Source of the DNA: Octopus sinensis
Taxonomy: Eukaryota
Reading direction: 5' to 3'
DNA length: 57,328 bases
Assembly (NCBI RefSeq): GCF_006345805.1
Contig: NW_021833937.1
Span: 1 to 57,328 of the forward strand
Position 1 is the first letter of the stretch. Each line of letters opens with the position of its first letter. The translations under genes were made by a program, and so were the position numbers. This document shows, one piece after another, positions 37,034-49,572 of this stretch. Under the pieces are notes generated by a model that saw only the letters and a list, made by a program, of their open reading frames with translations, did not search any database and was not told the DNA's origin.

Positions 37034-37161
37034 AGGTGTGTAAATTTTCAGCTCGATCCTAGCACGTCTAGTGCCATTGAATTCTTACCAAAGCCAAAGT
37101 GTGCAAGTTTTTTCCCTCTTTTATATAGGTAGATCATTTCTGTAATTTTTCCTCTTTGTAG

Positions 37162-37352
37162 TGTTGGATTCCTTCGGAAAATTCCCCACTGGTATTATGC
37201 AGGGAAACATACACATGGTCGGATCTTACGAAGAGTGCCGTGCTGTGAAAGTTGCGATCCCTGGGAACTACACTGGCCACCCAGCACTCTACCGTCCATT
37301 CGGACCCAAGTACTGCCAACTTATCTTTCAAGTGAAAGTGGAAGTTATGCAG
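37162..37352 (+). CDS. NRF-6-like acyltransferase, exon 2 (NRF domain)
   Basis: Acceptor cctctttgtag. Encodes (M)LDSFGKFPTGIMQGNIHMVGSYEECRAV...PKYCQLIFQVKVEVMQ, matching the NRF-domain pattern LD..GK.P.GI..GN....GSY.EC. Donor gtatgt, phase 0. Confidence 0.93.
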
Positions 37353-38240
37353 GTATGTAATAAAGCAAAAAGAAAAAGAAAACACCTTTGCTATTTTTTT
37401 ATTTTTTATGTTTTACCTGTTTTCAGTAATTAACAGTGGCCAATCTCTAGTCGAATGAATCAAGCCTCAATACTCTTTATACTCTTTTAATTGTTTCAGT
37501 CATTTGACTGTGGCCATGTTGGAGCACCGCCTTTAGTCAAGCAAATGGACCCCAGGACTTATTCTTTGTAAGCCTAGTGTTTATTCTATCGGCCTCTTTT
37601 GCCGAACCGCTAGGTGACGGGGATGTAAACACACCAGCATCGGTTGTCAAGCGATGTTAGGTGGGGAAAAACACAGACACACAAACATCATCACCATCAT
37701 CATCATCGTTTAACGTCCGCTTTCCATGCTAGCATGGGTTGGATGGTTCGACTGGGGATCTGGGAAGCCAGAAGGCTGCCCCAGGCTCCAATCTTGATCT
37801 GGCAGTGTTTCTACAGCTGGATGCCTTTCCTAATGCCAACCACTCCGTGAGTGTAGTGGGTGCTTTTTACGTGCCACCTGCACAGGTGCCAGGCGAGGCT
37901 GGTAACGGCCACGGTTGGATTGGTGTATTTTACGTGCCACCAGCACGGAAGCCAGTCGAGGCGGCGCTGGCATCAGCCACGAGTCAGGTAGTGCTATATA
38001 TATACATATATACAACAGGCTCCTTTCAGTTTCCGTCTACCAAATTCTTCTTCTTCTCCACATCCTCTTTTTCCTTTTAATTCTTCTCCTTCTCCTCTTC
38101 TTTTCCTTCTCCTTCATTTCCTCCTCCTCCTCCTTCAGATAATTTGTCAGTGATAGTCACATTTGGCCACAGCCTCCAAGTACATATACAACATTTAATT
38201 TGGTTATTTTTCCGGTCTTTTCCGTCTTCTTCTGCTCCAG

Positions 38241-38325
38241 GTCCTCACCACTGCCCCTATTCAATATGGTGTATGCATTCCGGACACTTGTTCATCCAAA
38301 GACCTTTACCTTCTAATAAACAATG
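38241..38325 (+). CDS. NRF-6-like acyltransferase, exon 3
   Basis: Acceptor tctgctccag. Encodes VLTTAPIQYGVCIPDTCSSKDLYLLINN+G, with the family motif G.C.P..CS. Donor gtaagt. Confidence 0.92.
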
Positions 38326-38419
38326 GTAAGTAGCATTCCTTGGTATATTCAAACCTTGCCATTCCATACTTGCCCTCCTCTCCTCCTCACCACTGAACCT
38401 AAAATATAAGACATCTTCA

Positions 38420-39175
38420 TACCTATTTCTTTACTACCCACAAGGGGCTAAACATAGAGGAGACAAACAAGGACAGACATAGGTATTAAGTTGATTACAT
38501 CAACCCCAGTGCGTAACTGGTACTTAATTTATCGACCCCGAAAGGATGAAAGGCAAAGTCGACCTCAGCGGAATTTGAACTCAGACCGTAGCGGCAGACG
38601 AAATACCTATTTCTTTACTACCAACAAGGGGCTAAACACAGAGGGGACAAACAAGGACAGACATAGGTATTAAGTTGATTACATCAACCCCAGTGCATAA
38701 CTGGTACTTAATTTATCGACACCGAAAGGATGAAAGGCAAAGTCTACCTCGGCGGAATTTGAACTCACAACGTAATGACAGACGAAATACCTATTTCTTT
38801 ATTACCCACAAGGGGCTAAACATAGCGGGGACAAACAAGGACAGACATAGGTATTAAGTCGATTATATTGACCCCAGTGCATAACTGGTACTTATTTAAT
38901 CAAACCCGAAAGGATGAAAGGCAAAGTCGACCTCGGCTGAATTTGAACTCAGAACGTAACGGCAGACGAAATACCTATTTCTTTACTACCCACAAGGGGC
39001 TAAACATGGAGGGGACAAACAAGGACAGACATAGGTATTAAGTAGATTACATCAACTCCAGTGCGTAACTGGTACTTAATTTATCGACCCCGAAAGGATG
39101 AAAGGCAAAGTCGACCTCGGCGGAATTTGAACTCACAACGTAATGACAGACTAAATACAGCTAAACGTGCTAATG
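38420..39175 (-). repeat. 4 tandem copies of the SINE C ~184-bp module
   Basis: Same junction gaaatacc|tatttc as at 18.4 kb; the last unit continues into the remaining head sequence. Confidence 0.85.
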
Positions 39176-39273
39176 GTTCTGCCAGTTCGCCTTCATACCA
39201 TTACCCCACAACCACTACTACTATCTTACCCAGATCAGATCAGGTCTCTCCCATCATCATCATCATCGTTTAA

Positions 39274-42200
39274 CCCTTTCGTTACCAACCCGGTCAAAAT
39301 CGCCCCTGGCTCTGTAGTATAAATGTCTTGTTTTCATAAGTTTTGAATTAAAATCTTCCACCAAACCTTAGCCACAATTTATGTTCCTAACACTAGCTGA
39401 ATGATAACTAAGTTATTTTACTAAATTCTTTGTTATATTTAAAAGTAATGAAAGAAACACAGAGCATCTCAACAGAAATATGGTAACAAAAGGGTTAAGA
39501 TATATAATAGAGAAACAATTCTTAACCCTTTTGATACCAACCAGGCTGAAACCACTTCTGGCTCTGTAGTACAAATGTCTTGTTTTCATAAGTTTTGAAT
39601 TAAAGTCTTCCACCAAACCTTAGTCACAATTTATGTTCCTAACACTAGCTGAATGATAACTAAGTTATTTTACTAAATTCTTTGTTATATTTAAAGTAAT
39701 TGAAAGAAACACAGAGCATCTCAACAGAAATATGGTAACAAAAGGGTTAAGATATATAATAGAGAAACAATTCTTAACCCTTTTGATACCAACCTGGTTG
39801 AAACCACCTCTGGCTCTGTAGTACAAATGTCTTGTTTTCATAAGTTTTGAATTAAAATCTTCCACCAAACCTTAGTCACAATTTATGTTCCTAACACTAG
39901 CTGAATGATAACTAAGTTATTTTACTAAATTCATTGTTATATTTAAAAGTAATTGAAAGAAACACAGAGCATCTCAACAGAAATATGGTAACAAAAGGGT
40001 TAAGATATATAATAGAGAAACAATTCTTAACCCTTTTGATACCAACCTGGTTTAAACCACCTCTGGCTCTGGGTACAAATGTTTTGTTTTCATAAGTTTT
40101 GAATTAAAATCTTCCACCAAACCTTAGTCACAATTTATGTTCCTAACACTAGCTGAATGATAACTAAGTTATTTTACTAAATTCTTTGTTATATTTAAAG
40201 TAATTGAAAGAAACACAGAGCATCTCAACAGAAATATGGTAACAAAAGGGTTAAGATATATAATAGAGAAACAATTCTTAACCCTTTTGATACCAACCAG
40301 GCTGAAACCACTTCTGGCTCTGTAGTACAAATGTCTTGTTTTCATAAGTTTTGAATTAAAATCTTCCACCAAACCTTAGTCACAATTTATGTTCCTAACA
40401 CTAGCTGAATGATAACTAAGTTATTTTACTAAATTCTTTGTTATATTTAAAGTAATTGAAAGAAACACAGAGCATCTCAACAGAAATATGGTAACAAAAG
40501 GGTTAAGATATATAATAGAGAAACAATTCTTAACCCTTTTGATACCAACCAGGCTGAAACCACTTCTGGCTCTGTAGTACAAATGTCTTGTTTTCATAAG
40601 TTTTGAATTAAAATCTTCCACCAAACCTTAGTCACAATTTATGTTCCTAACACTAGCTGAATGATAACTAAGTTATTTTACTAAATTCTTTGTTATATTT
40701 AAAGTAATTGAAAGAAAACAGAGCATCTCAGCAGAAGAAATATGGTAACAAAAGGGCTAAAATATATAATAGAGAAACATTCTTAACCCTTTTGATACCA
40801 ACCTGGCTGAAACACACTCTGGCTCTGTAGTACAAATGTCTTGTTTTCTTAAGTTTTGAATTAAAATCTTCCACCAAACCTTAGTCACAATTTATGTTCC
40901 TAACACAAGCTGAATGATAACTAAGTTATTTTACTAAATTCTTTGTTATATTTTAAATAATTGACAGAAACACAGAGCATCTCAGCAGAAGAAATATGGT
41001 AACAAAAGGGCTAAAATATATAATAGAGAAACAATTCTTAACCCTTTTGATACCAACCTGGCTGAAACCACCTCTGGCTCTGTAGTACAAATGTCTTGTT
41101 TTCTTAAGTTTTGAATTAAAATCTTCCACCAAACCTTAGTCACAATTTATGTTCCTAACACAAGCTGAATGATAACTAAGTTATTTTACTAAATTCTTTG
41201 TTATATTTTAAATAATTGACAGAAACACAGAGCATCTCAGCAGAAGAAATATGGTAACAAAAGGGCTAAAATATATAATAGAGAAACAATCTTAACCTTT
41301 TGATACCAACCTGGCTGAAACCACCTCTGGCTCTGTAGTACAAATGTCTTGTTTTCTTAAGTTTTGAATTAAAATCTTCCACCAAACCTTAGTCACAATT
41401 TATGTTCCTAACACAAGCTGAATGATAACTAAGTTATTTTACTAAATTCTTTGTTATATTTTAAAATAATTGACAGAAACACAGAGCATCTCAGCAGAAG
41501 AAATATGGTAACAAAAGGGCTAAAATATATAATAGAGAAACAATTCTTAACCCTTTTGATACCAACCTGGCTGAAACCACCTCTGGCTCTGTAGTACAAA
41601 TGTCTTGTTTTCTTAAGTTTTGAATTAAAATCTTCACCAAACCTTAGTCACAATTTATGTTCCTAACACAAGCTGAATGATAACTAAGTTATTTTACTAA
41701 ATTCTTTGTTATATTTTAAATAATTGACAGAAACACAGAGCATCTCAGCAGAAGAAATATGGTAACAAAAGGGCTAAAATATAAATAGAGAAACAATTCT
41801 TAACCCTTTGATACCAACCTGGCTGAAACCACCTCTGGCTCTGTAGTACAAATGTCTTGTTTTCTTAAGTTTTGAATTAAAATCTTCCACCAAACCTAGT
41901 CACATTTATGTTCCTAACACAAGCTGAATGATAACTAAGTTATTTTACTAAATTCTTTGTTATATTTAAAATAATTGACAGAAACACAGAGCATCTCAGC
42001 AGAAGAAATATGGTAACAAAAGGGCTAAAATATATAATAGAGAAACAATTCTTAACCCTTTGATACCAACCTGGCTGAAACCACTTCTGGCTCTGTAGTA
42101 CAAATGTCTTGTTTTCTTAAGTTTTGAATTAAAATCTTCCACCAAACCTTAGTCACAATTTATGTTCCTAACACTAGCTGAATGATAACTAAGTTATTTT

Positions 42201-42276
42201 ACTAAATTCTTTGTTATATTTAAAATTAATTGAAAGAAACACAAAGCATCTCAAACTAAATACAGTAAAGAAAGGG
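39274..42276 (+). mobile_element. piggyBac-type composite MITE, 12 tandem units of about 252 bp
   Basis: TTAA at 39270-39273 and 42277-42280; ends CCCTTTCGTTAC... and ...GTAAAGAAAGGG. Removing the array restores an intact SINE sequence (catcatcgtTTAAcgtctgctttcc). Confidence 0.9.
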
Positions 42277-42589
42277 TTAACGTCTGCTTTCCATGCTAGC
42301 ATGTGTTGGAGGATTTGACTGAGGTCTGGCAAACCAGGAGGCCATACCAGGCTCCAATCTGATCTGGCAGAGTTTCTATAGCCGGATGCCCTTCCTAACG
42401 CTAACCACTCCGAGAGTGTAGTGGGTGCTTTTACGTGCCACCAGCACGTGGGCCAGTCTGGCGGTACTGACTACGGCCACGCACAAAATGGTGTTTCTTT
42501 ACGCGCCACCACCACAGGAGTCAGTCCAGCGGCACTGGCAACGACCTCGCTTGAATGTTTTTTCACGTGCCACTGGCACCGTTTTTAAC

Positions 42590-42810
42590 CCTTTAGCATT
42601 TAAACCTGCCATATCCAGCCAAAAGTATTCTGCCTGTTTTATGGTCAAACTGGCCAGATCTGGTCTCTCACACCAACCCTACAATATCGTTTTAAAAATT
42701 AACAGCTACCTCATCAAAATCTCATAGCTACAAGATAATGTATGATTAGTTCAAAACAATATGGATGAAAAAGGATTAATTTTGGCAGAATAATGCGAAC
42801 ACTAAAGGGT
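42590..42810. mobile_element. Second TTAA/CCC-ended MITE family (piggyBac-type)
   Basis: ttaaCCCTTTAG...CTAAAGGGttaa, with an interior unrelated to the 252-bp family. Confidence 0.65.
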
Positions 42811-43274
42811 TAATTAATCACACATTATCTCATGGCTTTGAGTTTTTGAAGATTGTGATTGTTTATTTTTAGAATGACATTGTAGGGTAGGCTGGAGTGG
42901 CTCCTATGCAGGTGGCACATAAAAAAAACACCACTTGAGTGTGGACATTGCCAGTACCGCCTGACTGGCCCTCATGCCGGTGGCACTTTAAAAGCACCCA
43001 CTACACTCTCGGAGTGGTTGGCATTAGGAAGAGCATCCAGCTGTAGAAACACTGCCAGATCAGACTAAACTATTATAGTCGTTTTTTGAAGTCCGTGTTG
43101 TGTTGACAGACTTGCACCAAAAATTCCTGTTTTTAATCAAATCTTGTTAGTTACAAACATGACAGTTCCACTTATTTGTCTACCTCCTGCTACTTTCTCT
43201 CTCCACACCAACAGCTTTTCTCTTCCTCTTCTCTTTCATAATATAACATTCTAACGATGTGTCCAATTTTTCAG

Positions 43275-43371
43275 GAATCCACTTGTTACCATTCAAAAGC
43301 ACCAAGAATTACTCTGCTTTGGCCTACTGCGAAGCCGAACCAAGTTTTGATGGCAAAGCCATTTTCTCAAT
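43275..43371 (+). CDS. NRF-6-like acyltransferase, exon 4
   Basis: Acceptor tttttcag. Encodes (G)IHLLPFKSTKNYSALAYCEAEPSFDGKAIFS+AT. Donor gtaagt. Phases match exons 3 and 5. Confidence 0.88.
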
Positions 43372-43544
43372 GTAAGTCATCTCTTGTTTTGCTTTTACAC
43401 TGATTGCAGGTCACAACACATACAAACGTACATCTGTACATAAACATGTACACACACACACACACATACAGACATAGCTTACAAAAGCATATATATATAC
43501 ATAAACATATACATACATGCATACACACACACATATATATATGG

Positions 43545-43785
43545 CACGTAAAAAGCACCAACCGATCATGGCCGTTTGCCAGCCTCATCTGGCACCTGTG
43601 CGGGTGGCACGTAAAAAGCACCCACTACACTCACGGAGTGGTTGGCGTTAGGAAGGGCATCCAGCTGTAGAAACTCTGCCAGATCAGACTGGGCCTAGTG
43701 CAGCCATCTGGCTTCCCAGACCCCAGTTGAACCGTCCAACCCATGCTGGCATGGAAAGCGGACGCTAAACGATGATGATGATGAT
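43545..43785 (+). mobile_element. SINE family D (ggcacgtaaaaagcacc / ggttggcgttaggaagggcatccagc core, (GAT)n tail)
   Basis: Recurrent; other copies at 8290-8590 (+), 26255-26520 (-), 37690-37990 (-), 39250-39270/42281-42580 (-, split by the MITE array), 42890-43070 (+). Confidence 0.8.
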
Positions 43786-44101
43786 ACATATATACGATGG
43801 GCTTCGTTCAGTTTCCGTCTACTATATCCACTCACAAGGGCTTGGTTGGCCCAAGGCTATAGTAGAAAACACTTGCCCAAGGTGCCTGGCAGTGGGACTG
43901 AACCCGGAACCGTGTGGTTCGTAAGCAAGCCACTTACCATACAGCCACTCCTGCACCTATATATATATGTATATATATATACGTTCACAGAAACAGGCAT
44001 ACACACACATGCATTTATAGATGCACATGCAAACATACACTACCAAGTCCCTAAATTATAACCAAACCTCCACCCTCACCTCCCACTGCTTTTACTTTCA
44101 G

Positions 44102-44325
44102 AGTTACCTGCTCTTTGTTCCTGGCGTTGCTGGTCTTTGCAACTCTGTACCATGTGACATGCTATCAAGATCAGGTGACACAGCCTAAACCTGCAGCGTC
44201 GAACTCGACCCGGCATGGCGTCGTCATCAATGCTAGTGTGGACCCTTCAGATCCAGACACCCATGCAGATGATCCTGACCAAGCCGACACAGTCAAGCTT
44301 CTTCCTGTTGTACAAAAGGAACCAA
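44102..44325 (+). CDS. NRF-6-like acyltransferase, exon 5 (TM segment + polar linker)
   Basis: Acceptor tttactttcag. Encodes (I)VTCSLFLALLVFATLYHVTCYQDQ...KLLPVVQKEP+A. Donor gtaagt at 44326. Confidence 0.9.
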
Positions 44326-44484
44326 GTAAGTCTCATCCTCACAAGATCCCAGTCCCTCGGTGACCCTCTCAGACCTGCGCCCCTCTGTCTAACTTTACTC
44401 CCTACTTGAGCTCCTGAGCAAAAAGCTAAATAATTGCATAGACAATGCAACAATGATGACTGCAGGTAGACTAACGGACAGAAT

Positions 44485-44955
44485 CTCTCTATATATAAAC
44501 AGCAAAATGTGCGTGTCCTTTATACAAATCCACAATTTTTCAGTTAGAGGGCTCACACTTTCTATGGTCATTCAAAACTGTCCAAGGGTGGTCGTGCACA
44601 TCTTTACATTTCCCCAGTCACCCCGCAAAGCCATTAAATATATATATAAACAGCAAAATGTCTGTGTGCGTGTCCTTTATACAAATCCACAACTTTTCAG
44701 TTAGAGGGCTCACACTTTCTATGATCATTCAAAACCGTCCAAGGGTGGTCGTGCACATCTTTACATTTCCCCAGTCACCCCGCAAAGCCATTAAATATAT
44801 ATATAAACAGCAAAATGTCTGTGTGCGTGTCCTTTATACAAATCCACAACTTTTCAGTTAGAGGGCTCACACTTTCTATGGTCATTCAAAACCATCCAAG
44901 GGTGGTCGTGCACATCTTTACATTTCCCCAGTCACCCCGCAAAGCCATTAAATCT
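44485..44955 (+). repeat. 3 x ~157-bp tandem unit, probably Helitron 5'-end derived
   Basis: Unit tatataaacagcaaaatgtctgtgtgcgtgtcc...gcaaagccattaaa; begins like a Helitron 5' end (TCTCTATATATAAA). Confidence 0.7.
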
Positions 44956-45734
44956 CTTATTATAAAAGGCAGATTTTATCTGCCTCCCTTTGTCAGTTAT
45001 AGAAATCTACAATATAGGATTTCTTCAATTACAATTTACCTAGCATTTTTAAGAGTAGAATGCATCAGGTTTTGCCAGGTCCAGTTTTTAAAATTTAAAC
45101 TCCAATTAAGCAAAATTTACAGAAAACTCACATTCTGGTGTGTATGTCAAATGCTTTTCTTAGTCTGGTTTACAGCACACGCAAACGCACACACACAGTG
45201 TGCAACGAATAAAGTGAAACTAGATGTAATATTTGTTTCTGTCTATCACGCTGATAGATACATGAGTAAAATGTATGGCAAGCTAACAGATAAGAGTGAG
45301 TGAAAATGTTCTTGGAAGAGAGTAAATATCGACAGAGTGATTTGAGGAAGACTAAACTGAAAGTATGAAACAGTGTTTATGTATAAACAGACGACACTTA
45401 TATAAACCCTTTCGTTACCAAACCGCCCGAATTTACCTATTCATATTTAAATGAGAATATCAGAGTAAATCTCTTTAGTACATTCGTGAAAACACGTATT
45501 ATACTTCGTAAACACTTCAAATACAGTTTTGTACAAAAATCGAAGTGTAATTTTAATTCCGTGAATTATGGGAGATTTTTTTCCAAAATTTGTTCCTATT
45601 GTGTTTTCAAAATTTGTAATTCTGACAAAAAATGGATACGAATTTCATTATATCAAGCAGCGAGTCAGAATTCGAAGGATTTTCTACTGAAGACCTTCAT
45701 AAATCTAACTCTATGACTGAAAAAAAAAAAAGCA

Positions 45735-46118
45735 TCTTTATATAAGAGTGAAGTTGTGTGTCTGTCTCCTACGATTTAGATTCGTAACTACTCCCACATT
45801 TTGCGGTGCAGTTTAACCAAAAGCGGGTATCTTATAGTCGTGATTCATATCGAGCCCTTCTGGGTATTAGCATGAGTCTACGATTTAAAAAAAATTTACC
45901 ATCATATTTTTCCATTTTAATGCATTTTTTCGCTTTTATATAAGGGAAGTAACTCTCTAAAAATATCTACGATGTGTCAACGATTTAAAAAAAAAATTTA
46001 CCTTAATTTTTTTTCAATTTTTAATGCATTTTTTTGCTATTTTTTGGCTATAACTCTCTAAAAATGCTTATATAGTTATTTCCCTTACAACCCGAGCAAC
46101 GCCGGGCGATACTGCTAG
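45735..46118 (+). mobile_element. Non-autonomous Helitron
   Basis: 5' A|TC, 3' hairpin cccgagcaacgccggg followed by CTAG|T; no TSD. Confidence 0.8.
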
Positions 46119-46450
46119 TATATATATAAACAGCAAAATGTCTGTGTGTGTGTCCTTTATACAAATCCACAATTCTTCAGTTAGAGGGCTCGCACTTTCT
46201 ATGGTCATTCAAAACCGTCCAAGGGTGGTCGTGCACATCTTTACATTTCCCCAGTCACCCTGCAAAGCCATTAAATCTCTATTTATAAAATATATATATA
46301 TAAACAGCAAAATGTCTGTGTGCGTGTCCTTTATACAAATCCACAATTTTTCAGTTAGAGGGCTCACACTTTCTATGGTCATTCAAAACCGTCCAAGGGT
46401 GGTCGTGCACATCTTTACATTTCCCCAGTTACCCAACAAAGCCATTAAAA
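46119..46450 (+). repeat. 2 x the same ~157-bp unit, directly after a Helitron CTAG end
   Basis: Near identity to 44485-44955. Confidence 0.7.
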
Positions 46451-47483
46451 AATTAAAAAACAAGGACGATAGTAATGAGGGTGAACAATAAATTTATAAT
46501 GTCGGGTAGCCATATGTCTCCTCTTCAGCAAAAGACCTATGCTTGTCCATCTAGTTCCCTCTCAACACCAGGTTGGTGTCACAAATGGAATCCAGCCACA
46601 GAAGCTTTTCCAAAGCAGACAATGGAGCATGATGTAGCCCTGAATCTCACCAGATCCTGTCAAACCTATTTCTTTATTACCCACAAGGGACTAAACACAG
46701 AGGGGACAAACAAGGACAGGTATTAAGTCGATTACGTCGACCCCAGTGCATAACTGGTACTTAAGTTATCGACCCCGAAAGGATGAAAGGCAAAGTGGAC
46801 CTTGGTGGAATTTGAACTCACAACGTAACGACAGACGAAATACGGCTACGCTTTTTGCCCGGCGTGCTAACATTCCTGCCAAACCGTCCAACCCATGCCA
46901 GCATAGAAAAAAGCACATTAAATAATGATGATGGACAATAAATTTACAAAGTGGAGTGGCCATGTGTCTCCTCTTCATCAAACCACCTCTGCTTGTCCCT
47001 CTGGTCCCACTTTAGCTTCTCAATAACCATGATGGTGTTAGAAAGGGCATCCATCTATAGAAACCATACTAGAACAGGCAATTGGAACATGATGCAGTCC
47101 TCCAACTCATCATACCCTGTCAAACTGTCCAACCCATGCCAGTATAGAACAAAGATACCAAATGAGGGTGAACAATAAACTAATGATGTGGAGTAGCCAT
47201 GTAGCTTTAGCAAAACCCCTATGAGGTAACCTTAGCAAAGCACCTATGCTTGCCCCTCTGATCACACTGTAGCTTCTCAATACCAGGCTAGTGTTGTTGG
47301 TTTTAGAAAGGGCATCGAACTGTAGGAACCTTTCAAAAGCAGACATTGAAGCATATTGCTGGTCCCAGACCCAAGAGATGCTGTCAAACTGTCCAACCCA
47401 TGCCAGCATGGTACAGTGACACTAAATGATGATTATGGTTATGGTGAATTCTTCCTTACTTCCCACAATCACAACCCCCTTAA

Positions 47484-48455
47484 CCCTTTCGTTACTGTAT
47501 TTATTTTGAGATGCTCTGTGTTTCTCCCAATTACTTTAAATATTACAAAGAATTTAGTAAAATAACTTAGTTATCATTCAGCTAGTGTTAGGAACATAAA
47601 TTGTGACTAAGGTTTGGTGGAAGATTTTAATTCAAAACAAGACATTTGTACTACAGAGCCAGAGGTGGTTTCAACCAGGTTGGTATCAAAAGGGTTAAGA
47701 ATTGTTTCTCTATTATATATCTTAACCCTTTTGTTACCAGATTTCTTCTGTTGAGATGCTCTGTGTTTCTTTCAATTAATTTTAAATATAACAAAGAATT
47801 TAGTAAAATAACTTAGTTATCATTAAGCTAGTGTTAGGAACATAAATTGTGACTAAGGTTTGGTGGAAGACTTTAATTCAAAACTTATGAAAACAAGACA
47901 TTTGTACTACAGAGCCAGAGGTGGTTTCAACCAGGTTGGTATCAAAAGGGTTAAGAATTGTTTCTCTATTATATATCTTAACCCTTTTGTTACCATATTT
48001 CTGTTGAGATGCTCTGTGTTTCTTTCAATTATTTTAAATATAACAAAGAATTTAGTCAAATAACTTAGTTATCATTCAGCTAGTGTTAGGAACATAAATT
48101 GTGACTAAGGTTTGGTGGAAGATTTTAATTCAAAACTTATGAAAACAAGACATTTGTACTACAGAGCCAGAGGTGGTTTCAGCCAGGTTGGTATCCAAAG
48201 GGTTAAGAATTGTTTCTCTATTATATATCTTAACCCTTTTGTTACCATATTTCTTCTGTTGAGATGCTCTGTGTTTCTTTCAGCTACTTTAAATATAACA
48301 AAGAATTTAATAAAATAACTTAGTTATCATTAAGCTAGTGTTAGGAACATAAATTGTGACTAAGGTTTAGGGGAAGATGCAAATTAAAAACTTATGAAAA
48401 CAAGACATTTGTACTACAGAGCCAGGTGGTTTCAGCCGGGTTGGTAACGAAAGGG
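47484..48455 (-). mobile_element. piggyBac-type composite MITE, 4 units
   Basis: TTAA-flanked with a perfect 12-bp TIR CCCTTTCGTTAC/GTAACGAAAGGG; same unit and spacer as 39.3-42.3 kb. Confidence 0.9.
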
Positions 48456-48523
48456 TTAAACTTGTATGTCCCACGTAAACTGAAACCCCTGTGGCTTACC
48501 CATAATTCCTTGTCTTTTTCCAG

Positions 48524-48691
48524 GTCTGCTAGGCAGGATTCTAAAGTGTTTCTCGGTTTACCATAATGGCAGCAAACTCTTGAACACCGACCAGGCTGAA
48601 GGAACTTTGAGTTGCATCCACGGGGTCCGCTTCCTCAGTATGGCGTGGGTCTTGATCGGACATGTCTATGCATTTGGCATAATAGTAATAA
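48524..48691 (+). CDS. NRF-6-like acyltransferase, exon 6 (start of Acyl_transf_3 domain)
   Basis: Acceptor ctttttccag. Encodes (S)LLGRILKCFSVYHNGSKLLNTDQAEGTLSCIHGVRFLSMAWVLIGHVYAFGIIVI, containing the AT3 R-x10-H motif. Donor gtaagt. Confidence 0.95.
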
Positions 48692-49250
48692 GTAAGTAGT
48701 CTGTTTTATGGGTCATTTTTTTGGTCATTGGGCTGAGACCATGCTGGAACACTGCCTTGTCAATGTCCATATTTGTCTTACAAAGTTGCTGAGTTAGACT
48801 TGGAACAAAATGGGTTTTTACAAAAATGCAGTTACAAGATGCAAGCATGTGTGTGTGTGTACGTGGAGTTAAAAAAGGGCCATCACTTGGCATGATACAT
48901 ATATGCATACATTCATATATATATATATATATATGGAGGCGCAATGGCCCAGTGGTTAGGGCAGCAGACTCGCGGTTTCGATTCCCAGACCGGGCGTTGT
49001 GAGTGTTTATTGAGCGAAAACACCTAAAAAGCTCCACGAGGCTCCTGCAGGGGGTGGTGGTGATCCCTGCTGTACTCTTTCACCACACTTTCTCCCACTC
49101 TTTCTTCTGTTGGCCTGCTCGCTTAGCCAGCGGGGTGGCGTCATTCGAAGGCTAAAACAATGCGAACGCATTGTGACCAGCGATGTGTAACAACATCTGA
49201 TGGTCTGGTCGGTCACGTGATCACGTGATATATATATATATATATACATA

Positions 49251-49572
49251 CCGTAAATCCTCGAGTATAGTCTGCCCTTGAGTATTATACGCAGGGGATT
49301 TTTAGGGGGCTGTACTTCTGAAAAACCTAAACCTTGTGTATAATACGCACCCCTTCTCTAACTTGAGTCAAGGAGGTCTATATAACATCCTTGGTTTATA
49401 AAAATGTATACGTAACGTCTTTTATTATTATTGTATATATAACATAATGCAAACGTGTAGCTTTTTTGTGCATTTTGTTTGCATAAAATAAAGAAATAAC
49501 AGTAATAACGTTTAATAAATGTTGCTTACTGCAAGTTATGGATGATTCTTTTAGTTCTTCATTGCTTTCAGG
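49251..49572 (+). mobile_element. Partial copy of the same pogo-like MITE, with a single subterminal unit
   Basis: TA|CCGTAAATCCTCGAGTATA start; reverse complement of the 32.3-33.1 kb element. Confidence 0.75.

Noticed and set aside
39274-42276. Regular repeat array considered as CRISPR-like
   Set aside because: The short spacer is invariant, the repeat is ~225 bp with TTAA/CCC ends, there are no cas genes and the context is eukaryotic.
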